From an uncultured Ignavibacteriales bacterium (GTDB lineage: Bacteria > Zixibacteria > MSB-5A5 > GN15 > FEB-12), in the NCBI GenBank assembly GCA_964518635.1, contig CAZFGK010000001.1, positions 569 to 64,568 on the forward strand: DNA of 64,000 bases. The letters run 5' to 3'. The translations under genes were made by a program, and so were the position numbers. The notes beneath the pieces are model-generated. The model was given only the letters and a program-made list of their open reading frames with translations. It did not search any database and was not told the origin of the DNA. Each line of letters starts with the position of its first letter. Position 1 is the first letter of the stretch. Shown in pieces: positions 19,843-27,791 of this stretch.

Positions 19843-19885
19843 GCGTCACTGACTTCGCACCCTAAAACGGGTGCGCCACCCAGCC
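19843..19885 (-). repeat. structured repeat family 2, copy C (reverse)
   Basis: The reverse complement reads GGCTGGGTGGCGCACCCGTTTTAGGGTGCGAAGTCAGTGACGC. Confidence 0.75.
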
Positions 19886-19909
19886 GCGAACGGAATAGCA
19901 AGAGTTTTT

Positions 19910-22306
19910 CTACTGCATCTCCATCGGGTCGACATCAAGACGTAGTCGCACACTCTTTGCAAATCCAAGTCGAGGATCGGCCTCCAGCCATGAGTAGATT
20001 GTGTCGGTCAGCTTCGTCATCTGTTTTGTCTGCACCATCGCGTGAAAACGATACTCTCCGCGCACAAACTCAATCGGACAGGCCGCCGGGCCGCGGATGA
20101 TCGTGCTCGGAGATTCTTTTGCACTCCATTGTTTCAAACGAGCGACGATCTCCCCAATCGCACGCTGTGCCACGGCGGCACTCGAGGCACTGGTGACAAT
20201 TCGCAACATCCGCCGAAAGGGCGGAAACTCCTGCGCGCGACGTTCGAGCAATTCACTTTCTGCAAACTGATCGAAATCATGACGGGTGATCATCTCCATC
20301 ATCGGATGTTCCGGTGCGAACGTCTGAATCAGCACCTCCCCTGGCGAATCCGAGCGACCCGAACGCCCCGCCACCTGCACCAGTCGCGCAAAGGTCCGCT
20401 CCGTTGCGCGAAAATCGACGTGATGCATTCCCTGATCTGCCGCGAGTACACCGACGAGAGAGACCTTTGGGAAATCGAGCCCCTTGGTGACCATCTGAGT
20501 ACCAAGGAGAATATCGGCATCCCCCCTCGCAAATGTTCTCAATGCCTCGGCAGCTTTTTCGGCATGACGAGTTGAATCCAGATCATAACGAATGATCCTG
20601 GCAGTGGGAAAAAGTCGTGGCAAGAGTGATTCGATCCGCTGTGTGCCGTGCCCTTCCGGTTCGAGTGGCGCAAATGAGCAGGAAGGGCAATTGGTAGGGA
20701 TCTTTTCTGTTCCACCGCAGAAATGACAATGCAATCGCTTGGTCGTACGGTGATACGTAAGTGTCTGACGGCAATACTCACACTTCGCGGACCAGCCGCA
20801 TGACTCGCAGGTCAGCAATGGAGAATAACCACGACGGTTGTAAAAGAGAATCGCCTGTTCATTTCTTGAAAGACATGAATCAATCGCGCGTTTGAGTGAG
20901 GCACTGAGCAGACCAAGATCACCAGTGAGACGATCAGATCGCATATCGATAATACGAACCGTGGGCAACGGCGAAGTGGTCGCACGTTCGGAGAGAAGAT
21001 GCCGCTTGAATTTCCCCTGCGTCGATTGGTAATAGCTCTCCAGTGAGGGTGTTGCCGAACCGAGCAAAATGGGAATATTTGCCAGTTGTGCTCTCTTGAT
21101 TGCGGCATCTCGGGCGTGAAAGTACGGCGGTTGCTCGGCTTGCTTGAAAGCAGCGTCATGCTCTTCATCGACAATAATCAGTCCCAGTTTCCGAAGGGGT
21201 GCAAAAAGTGCCGAACGAGGACCGACCACAATCAATGGCGTTTGCGGCTCGCTGGTCATTCGTTTCCAGCTCTCTCGTTTGTCTGACTCTTTCAGACCGG
21301 AATGCCACCGAATCACTTGCTGATCAAAAGTCTGTGCAAGAACTCTCGCGACATGTTCGGCGAGGGCAATCTCGGGCGCAAGGACGAGAACCTGTTTTCC
21401 GCGAGAGAGCATTTCTTTGATCAGATGTGCATAGACCAGAGTTTTCCCGGAGCCAGTCACCCCTTGCAATAAGTGAGTCTCGAATTTTTTCAAACCGCCT
21501 GATGAAATGTCCGAAAAGACTCTGGTCTGTTGTTCATTCAATGAGAGCAATGCTTGCTTGGTGGTTTCAGGTATTCGATGTCCTGACGGATCATTCGGTG
21601 AAATCGAAGACTCATGAATGATTGCGCCGATTTCAATCGCGCGAGCTATCTGTCCATTGCTCCAACCGAGACGAGTGAGTTCAGCGCGGGTGCGTGCTGA
21701 ATCGAATGGCGTCGGGGATGGCTTTCGTTTCGTCCCTAATTCGGCAAGAAGCTCGGCTGAGAATAGTAAATATCGCGGGTTTGATTGCCGTTCACTCGAT
21801 TGCACAATCACGCCAAGTCGTTCCAGTTCGTGAAGCGGCTTCTTGAACTGCTTTTCGATTCGCTTGATGGTCGAGGCGGAAACTACGGAACCGGGCTTTG
21901 GGCGAAATTGCTGTTTCAACAAATCGGACTGAATCGCATGAGCCGATTCCCCCCATCGATAGGACAATTGTACTTTTCCGGATGCAGCTCTTGGATAGAC
22001 CAGTGAAAACAACTGCCCCGGAGGGGTGAGATAGTAGCGACCAACCCAGACACAGAATTCGAAAAATGACCGATCAAAAATCGGGACTGTGTCCAGTTTG
22101 GCCACAACCTCTTTTGCGCGGGGATAGGCCGGGACATCCAGCCCGATAACATAGCCGACAACTTTGCGCGCTCCGAATGGAATGCGAACTCGATCACCCA
22201 AGTGAATAGTCATCCCAAAAGGAAGCTTGTAGGTGAATGCCGTAAAATGCGGTCCCGGGATGGCGACCTGGATTGAGCGAGTCTGAGGTAGGTCTTGTTT
22301 CGGCAT
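19910..22306 (-). CDS. priA: primosomal protein N' (replication restart helicase)
   Basis: 798 aa with Walker A GVTGSGKT and DEEHD. The Cys-rich zinc-binding insert is CESCGWSAKCEYCRQTLTYH...CHFCGG...CPSC. Confidence 0.9.
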   Translation of the reverse strand: MPKQDLPQTRSIQVAIPGPHFTAFTYKLPFGMTIHLGDRVRIPFGARKVVGYVIGLDVPAYPRAKEVVAKLDTVPIFDRSFFEFCVWVGRYYLTPPGQLFSLVYPRAASGKVQLSYRWGESAHAIQSDLLKQQFRPKPGSVVSASTIKRIEKQFKKPLHELERLGVIVQSSERQSNPRYLLFSAELLAELGTKRKPSPTPFDSARTRAELTRLGWSNGQIARAIEIGAIIHESSISPNDPSGHRIPETTKQALLSLNEQQTRVFSDISSGGLKKFETHLLQGVTGSGKTLVYAHLIKEMLSRGKQVLVLAPEIALAEHVARVLAQTFDQQVIRWHSGLKESDKRESWKRMTSEPQTPLIVVGPRSALFAPLRKLGLIIVDEEHDAAFKQAEQPPYFHARDAAIKRAQLANIPILLGSATPSLESYYQSTQGKFKRHLLSERATTSPLPTVRIIDMRSDRLTGDLGLLSASLKRAIDSCLSRNEQAILFYNRRGYSPLLTCESCGWSAKCEYCRQTLTYHRTTKRLHCHFCGGTEKIPTNCPSCSFAPLEPEGHGTQRIESLLPRLFPTARIIRYDLDSTRHAEKAAEALRTFARGDADILLGTQMVTKGLDFPKVSLVGVLAADQGMHHVDFRATERTFARLVQVAGRSGRSDSPGEVLIQTFAPEHPMMEMITRHDFDQFAESELLERRAQEFPPFRRMLRIVTSASSAAVAQRAIGEIVARLKQWSAKESPSTIIRGPAACPIEFVRGEYRFHAMVQTKQMTKLTDTIYSWLEADPRLGFAKSVRLRLDVDPMEMQ

Positions 22307-22309
22307 TAC

Positions 22310-22343
22310 AAAAAAAGAAATGGACCAGCGGTCAGCTGGTCCA
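22310..22343 (-). terminator. terminator-like hairpin after the TPR gene, abutting the priA start
   Basis: A 9-bp stem TGGACCAGC/GCTGGTCCA (22321-22329 / 22335-22343). On the minus strand it is followed by TTTCTTTTTTT. Confidence 0.6.
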
Positions 22344-22367
22344 TGACTATTTCCGCTTTTGGGAAGG

Positions 22368-23795
22368 TTATTTCATCTTTTTCTGCAATGCGTTCAGTTT
22401 GTCGATCTTGCCGAGATCGGAATAGAGAACTTTGAGCGTCTCCATAATCGCGCGATTGTCCGGCTGAACATCGAGGGCTCGCTCATAGAGTCCGATAGCT
22501 TCGTTGAATTTCGCCTTCCCCTGATACAGATCGCCAAGCGTAATCAGGGCGTCGGCATGCTTCGGATCGAGGGTAAGAGTCTTTTCCATCGCGGTGATCG
22601 CTTCATCGACCTTGTTGGAGGCATACGCCATGAGCCCGTATTCGTATGCTGCGGCAGTATCATCCGGTCTTGCGTCAGAGTATTTCTTCAGATAGACACG
22701 GGCAGAGTCACGGGCAGCATCCCGTTCACTCAAGAGACGCTTTTCATCAGCCGCATTTTTCTCGTCCCGCGCTTTGCTGATCGCTATCTGCTTTTCGCGG
22801 GCTAAGCCGACAAAATGTGCGCCGATACCGCTGAAGGACTCGACATTATCAGGGCTGGAGGCAAGAATGCGTCGGTACAACGCGACTGCCGAGTCCCCCT
22901 GTTTGCAATTGATGTAGCAAACGGCGAGGTTTTGTGCAACCTCGAGATCGGTTGTATCGAGCAGCCAGTACTCGCGGAAGTGTGGGCCAGCGTTACAGAA
23001 ATCATTCTGCTGCGCGTACATGTAGGCAAGGTTATAGAGCAGTGGCTTGCGTTTATCTCCCGTCGAGCGACTGAGAGCTTCTTTGGTAAAAGAAGTAGCT
23101 TCTTCCGGTTTGCCGATGGAGTTCATGAGACTCCCAAGGCCCACGTAAGCATCACTCTTTTCATTGTCAATCAGAATGGCCATTTCAAAATTGGCTTTGG
23201 CAGAGTCTGCTGTCGCGTCCCTTCTCGATTTTAATTCAGCTAAGTACGAGGAATCAACTGTAGCATTTCCGCCTTCCTTGGCAATGTCTTCAATGAGGGT
23301 GTCAACGCGCAGAGTCTGCTTACGGGCTTCTTCACGTAATTCTCGCCACGAAACTTCTCGAGTTGAGTCAAGTGATGTGGTGAGAATACCGCAATCTTTC
23401 CTGATAGCTTCCTTTAACGCAGTGTTCGCACATGCAAGATCGAGGGAATCAGCATACAAAAGGATAACCTTCAGAAACTCGGACTTTTTTGCAAGACTTG
23501 GTGCTTCGTTGTACCTAGTGAGGTAGATATCAGTCTTCCAGAAGTAGGCCGCTGGATAAGGCGCGTAGTGCATCAGACAGGAGTCGACCATCGCTTCGGC
23601 GTAGGCAAGCCGCTCCTGCTTCTCTTTCCCCTGCTTACTGCGCGCAGCGGAGACTTCGATTTTGACCGTGCTGATATAAGAGGTCGCCGGAAGTTTCCGC
23701 CCTTTTTGTGCCATGCTCATGGACGGTGTCAACAGGATCCCCGCAAGGATCAGGCAGAGGATGCCGCCGACGGTCGTCCCATGCATTCGTTTCAT
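22368..23795 (-). CDS. secreted TPR repeat protein
   Basis: 475 aa with a signal peptide (GILCLILAGILLTPSMSMA). It has multiple TPR-like A-x-x-x-Y/F helices, for example ALITLGDLYQGKAKFNEAIGLYERAL. Confidence 0.7.
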   Translation of the reverse strand: MKRMHGTTVGGILCLILAGILLTPSMSMAQKGRKLPATSYISTVKIEVSAARSKQGKEKQERLAYAEAMVDSCLMHYAPYPAAYFWKTDIYLTRYNEAPSLAKKSEFLKVILLYADSLDLACANTALKEAIRKDCGILTTSLDSTREVSWRELREEARKQTLRVDTLIEDIAKEGGNATVDSSYLAELKSRRDATADSAKANFEMAILIDNEKSDAYVGLGSLMNSIGKPEEATSFTKEALSRSTGDKRKPLLYNLAYMYAQQNDFCNAGPHFREYWLLDTTDLEVAQNLAVCYINCKQGDSAVALYRRILASSPDNVESFSGIGAHFVGLAREKQIAISKARDEKNAADEKRLLSERDAARDSARVYLKKYSDARPDDTAAAYEYGLMAYASNKVDEAITAMEKTLTLDPKHADALITLGDLYQGKAKFNEAIGLYERALDVQPDNRAIMETLKVLYSDLGKIDKLNALQKKMK

Positions 23796-23934
23796 CTCTT
23801 CTCCTTCTTCACACGTTCATCTCGTGTGCTATTTTTCATCAACCTGCCGCCTGTTCTGCATGTTGGCGGCGAAGAAACGGGAACCTACGAGACAGTCTCA
23901 ATCCAGTCAATCTTGGACACCAAAGTTGCGAATC

Positions 23935-25371
23935 CTAGTAGCTGGTCCGAACCCGCATCGTCACCACCACCGTGTCCCCTGCCGGAGCAGGGATATCCAT
24001 GGTGATAGTCGTGGCGTTCTTTTTCTTATACTCACGAGAGCTGTTCATGATCTCCCAGAAGCCGTAGAAGTTCTTCTCAAGGTTGACTGTCACGGCTTCC
24101 TTTTTCTGATTTCGAATCTCAAACTCGTAGTCATACTCGGTCACTCGATTTGAAATCTGTTTCTGATTCATGACTCGTTCTTCCGCCTTGATATCAAAGG
24201 CGGTTCCGACAGTCAGCTTGACCTCTTCATTGCTCGGAGTATGCTCAAGGCGGTCTTCACCGAGCAAAATCAGCCCCTTGTCATCATCTGCCTTGAACAG
24301 GCGAACTCGACCCTCCGGCAATGGCATCCCAAGACCAGCAGCAGCTGAATTCACGAACTTCACTTTGACCTTTACGTCGTTGTCATCAAAGCCGGGATGA
24401 AAAGTGTAGAGTTTCTGGACACCGGTGGTAGATGGATCGAAAAGTGAGATCTGCTTGATCTCTTTGTTGGCGACGGTCGCGGGGCGAGGGAGAGTATAGA
24501 GATGATACTCGAAGAACGACTTCTCCTGAAAGGATTGGTTAGTCGACCGACCCTCGACAGAAGATTTGTACATCGCAACATCCTGAAAGATGATCGGTTG
24601 CTGCATCCGCTGAATCTCTCCGGCAATAAGTTTCAGCTTGGCATCGGCGAAGCTCTTTCCTGAATTGTTCGTAATTGAGGCCCAGCCGGAAAGATCGAGC
24701 ATCTTTTCATTCTTGTCGAGCACGCCGATATACTCCGCGTTCCAGCCCATGCCGGTAGTCTGATAACTCAGTTCACCTTTGACGGTCTGTTTTGATCCAG
24801 ACTGATAGCGCCAAAAGAGTGTCGGTCGAGTGATCAATCCTTCCGGCAATTTCGACAGATTGACATGGCTCATTTCAGTCGTATTTACAAGCTGCAATGA
24901 TCCATCCGGCTGCTGCAGTGTCATCATTCCGCCGGTGAAACTCAAGAGCTTGCCGCCAAAGAGCTTCCCCTCTTTCGAGATCACTTCAATCGGCTGATCA
25001 ATGTAGCGTTGATAAAGCTGGTCGGTAGAGACCAGATCATAGGCGTAATTCTGTTCAAGAATAGTGACATTCGATACCCCCGGGACATCAAAACGAACCG
25101 AAGCAGCATCAATCTGATCGGGGACATCGATCACAGAAATCCGTCCGATTCCTTTGTCAAAGGAGAGCTGACGAGTTTCAGTCACCACTCCCAGATTACT
25201 ATTGTAGACGGTGACACTGGTCTGGGCGGACGTAAGACCGGCAGTCAGAAGGATTGAGAAAGCGCACCAGCGCATGATCTGTTTGGTTCGATAGTGCAAA
25301 ATTAGATGGAGCATTCTTTTCCTCCGGGAATCTATGAGCCGGAGAGAATCCGGCGAGTTCTTGTTCATCAT
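23935..25371 (-). CDS. DUF4139-like (mucoidy-inhibitor-A-like) secreted protein
   Basis: TVYNSNLGVVTETRQLSFDKGIG and a long beta-rich body resemble DUF4140/DUF4139. The signal peptide MRWCAFSILLTAGLTSAQ starts at an internal ATG (25275), which may be the real start. Confidence 0.65.
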   Translation of the reverse strand: MMNKNSPDSLRLIDSRRKRMLHLILHYRTKQIMRWCAFSILLTAGLTSAQTSVTVYNSNLGVVTETRQLSFDKGIGRISVIDVPDQIDAASVRFDVPGVSNVTILEQNYAYDLVSTDQLYQRYIDQPIEVISKEGKLFGGKLLSFTGGMMTLQQPDGSLQLVNTTEMSHVNLSKLPEGLITRPTLFWRYQSGSKQTVKGELSYQTTGMGWNAEYIGVLDKNEKMLDLSGWASITNNSGKSFADAKLKLIAGEIQRMQQPIIFQDVAMYKSSVEGRSTNQSFQEKSFFEYHLYTLPRPATVANKEIKQISLFDPSTTGVQKLYTFHPGFDDNDVKVKVKFVNSAAAGLGMPLPEGRVRLFKADDDKGLILLGEDRLEHTPSNEEVKLTVGTAFDIKAEERVMNQKQISNRVTEYDYEFEIRNQKKEAVTVNLEKNFYGFWEIMNSSREYKKKNATTITMDIPAPAGDTVVVTMRVRTSY

Positions 25372-25372
25372 T

Positions 25373-26305
25373 CTAAGGTACTATGGGAACAGCAGTATCT
25401 TCCCGCCGCTGGCGAACTAATTCCTGTAAAAGTCCTCGGATTTCTTCCCCGCTTGGCTGCAATTGATCCGGATCGAATGCCGTCCCAGCGAGATAGAGTC
25501 GGTCTGCAATCTGACCATACAGGGCGCGGACAAGCCGGAGAGAGAGAAGACCATCCGGCCTTAAAAGTTCAACATGCCGGGCGATGGTCAGTTTCGAACG
25601 CTGCTCATACCAGCGGACAAGATCCGCATACTCCGCGAGAAAAGTGGCGAAACGTTTGTCTTCGATCTCTCCAGATTCACTGAAAAGAATCTGAAGACTC
25701 ACCTGATTGAGACCGTGACGTTCCAGCCAGCCGTCCGGAATATAGAAAAGCCCCCGTTCGAGATCGCGACGGAGATCACGAATGATGTGGACCAGATACG
25801 CAAACATAGCAAGCGGGAGAGCAATCTCCCTCGCTGTCTGAGGAGAGATTGATTTCGGATCGGAGGTGGTAAGGTAGATAAAAACTGCCGCCGGTGCGAT
25901 GGCTGCCCCTTCGGTGTACCTTCGAAAAATCAGCCAACTTTCAAAACTCCGATGGGAGAGATCAAACTGCATCGCCCGGACCAACTTCTCCCACGGCCAA
26001 AGCGGGATCGCGAATCGCTCACGATAGTCGTTTAAACTAGCGATTTCTGTTTCATCACTTTGGCGGGCCATCGAATCGAGCCAGTCAGTCAGCATACGGG
26101 AAAGAATCTGCTGTTCAGACGCAGAAATTGGCTCGGGTCGCTCTTTCCGGTGGTCGACAAGATCATCCAGTCGACGCATGGAACGGTAGCAATGACGAAA
26201 ACACTCATACCGGTGATCATCCCATACCGATGCCGCCAGATCGAGAATCGGCCGTGTGGCAAGCGACTCTACCGAAAGAAGATTGATTGATTGGCTGTTT
26301 AACAT
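25373..26305 (-). CDS. squalene/phytoene synthase family protein
   Basis: Two Asp-rich segments, RRLDDLVD and IIRDLRRDLERGLFYIP, are typical of head-to-head isoprenyl diphosphate synthases. Confidence 0.7.
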   Translation of the reverse strand: MLNSQSINLLSVESLATRPILDLAASVWDDHRYECFRHCYRSMRRLDDLVDHRKERPEPISASEQQILSRMLTDWLDSMARQSDETEIASLNDYRERFAIPLWPWEKLVRAMQFDLSHRSFESWLIFRRYTEGAAIAPAAVFIYLTTSDPKSISPQTAREIALPLAMFAYLVHIIRDLRRDLERGLFYIPDGWLERHGLNQVSLQILFSESGEIEDKRFATFLAEYADLVRWYEQRSKLTIARHVELLRPDGLLSLRLVRALYGQIADRLYLAGTAFDPDQLQPSGEEIRGLLQELVRQRREDTAVPIVP

Positions 26306-26405
26306 GGGGGTTGCTCAGTATTCACGCCGGATGATAGCCGTATTGGATGGCAGGAAAAACAAGATTTCAGTGTGACCATTCTCACCGTACCATGTTCAGG
26401 AACGC

Positions 26406-27620
26406 ATGATGAGCACCAAACTACTGAAACTGCTGGTTCTGACGCCGAATTTCCCCCGTTGGAAGGGGGATTTTGCCGGTGTCTTTTTCGTCCGGCTCCT
26501 TGCGGGACTGCGTCAGCATGGGATCGACCCGATTGTGCTCGCCCCGCATGCCAGGGGGGCAGCCGAAACGGAGATATTCGAAGGGATCGAAGTCATCCGC
26601 TTTCGCTATGCAGCGGACGAAAAGGAAACCATCGCTTACACCGGTGCCATGCAAAAACAGTTGGGTTCAATTGGCGGAGTTCTTGCTTTTCGTCAATTTC
26701 TTGGAGCGTGGACTTCACATGCGCAGACAGTCATCTCAGAAAAACAGATCGACCTGATTGCCGGGCATTGGCTGGTGCCCACGGGAATCGTGATGTCACG
26801 ACTGGCTCGCCGTAATAAAATCCCGATGGTACTCACATCACACGGGACCGATCTGCGACTGGCCAGTAAGTCGCCGCAACTTATCTCTTTCCTACTCCGC
26901 GGAATGTGGAAACAGCTTGAGGGATGGAATACGGTCTCGACCTATCTGGCAGGAATCGCCGAACGGATTCATCTCCCCAAAAGTGGACGGATTGATGTCA
27001 TCCCCTTGCCGATGAATGATCATCTCTTCTCACCGGACCCAACAGTGCAGCGTGACCGAAATCTGATCGTCGCGGTCACAAAATTCACAAAACAGAAACG
27101 GGTCGATCAGTTTATCAGAAGTCTCGAAGTCGCGAAAAAGTCAAACCCTTCGTTGCATGCTGAAATCTACGGAACCGGACCAGACAAAGAATCGCTACGA
27201 GCACTTGTTCAGAGTCTCGAACTCAACAGTTCAATCCGGCTGCTTGAGCCAGTTCCACAGGAGAAGCTGGTTGATATTTATCGTCGGGCTGGCGCGGTGG
27301 TCCTCAATTCAGTCGAAGAGGGATTTGGGGCAGTGCTTGTAGAGGCGATGCTCTGCGGCACACCAGTGATCGGTGCGAATTCAGGCGGGATCCCGGATAT
27401 TATTGAACATGGTAAGAGCGGCCTGCTTGTTCCGCTGGATGATATTCCCGCACTCGCATCTGCTCTCCTGCAAATCAACTCAGACACAAGTCTCGCTGAT
27501 CGACTGGGTCTTGCTGGGCGAGAACGAGCCGTCACCCGCTTTTCTTCTGAGGTGCTCATCAAGCAGTACGCCGGTCTCATACTTGCCGCTGCAGAACGTG
27601 CAACTGCTCGACGATTGTGA
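26406..27620 (+). CDS. glycosyltransferase family 4 (GT-B, retaining type)
   Basis: The C-terminal EX7E region is SVEEGFGAVLVEAMLCGTPVIGANSGGIPDIIEHGKSGLLV. Confidence 0.85.
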   Translation: MMSTKLLKLLVLTPNFPRWKGDFAGVFFVRLLAGLRQHGIDPIVLAPHARGAAETEIFEGIEVIRFRYAADEKETIAYTGAMQKQLGSIGGVLAFRQFLGAWTSHAQTVISEKQIDLIAGHWLVPTGIVMSRLARRNKIPMVLTSHGTDLRLASKSPQLISFLLRGMWKQLEGWNTVSTYLAGIAERIHLPKSGRIDVIPLPMNDHLFSPDPTVQRDRNLIVAVTKFTKQKRVDQFIRSLEVAKKSNPSLHAEIYGTGPDKESLRALVQSLELNSSIRLLEPVPQEKLVDIYRRAGAVVLNSVEEGFGAVLVEAMLCGTPVIGANSGGIPDIIEHGKSGLLVPLDDIPALASALLQINSDTSLADRLGLAGRERAVTRFSSEVLIKQYAGLILAAAERATARRL

Positions 27621-27791
27621 TTCACCTGATTTCCCCTTTGGAAAATAAGAACGGCCACCCAGCACCACTGAGTGACCGTCTCTTTTAGTATCACGCGATA
27701 TTTCACGTGATCGAATCATCACGCGAATACCGCGTGCTGTTCTTTTGTTCAATCGCGCATCATCATCAATGCGCAGTCTTCAATAAACTTC

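Noticed and set aside
19590-19885. Possible mini CRISPR array (three similar ~43-nt units)
   Set aside because: The units are in mixed orientation (one forward, two reverse). The spacers are very unequal (125 nt and 41 nt). There are only three copies and no cas genes. The same unit also occurs as isolated copies elsewhere.
27621-27791. Extra family-2 repeat copy (GCCACCCAGC word) and ATCACGCGA direct repeats between the GT4 gene and the mosaic exoprotein gene
   Set aside because: Only the 10-nt GCCACCCAGC word matches. The hairpin there (ACGGCCAC/GTGACCGT followed by CTCTTTT) is adequately explained as the GT4 terminator, and the 9-nt direct repeats are too short to interpret.
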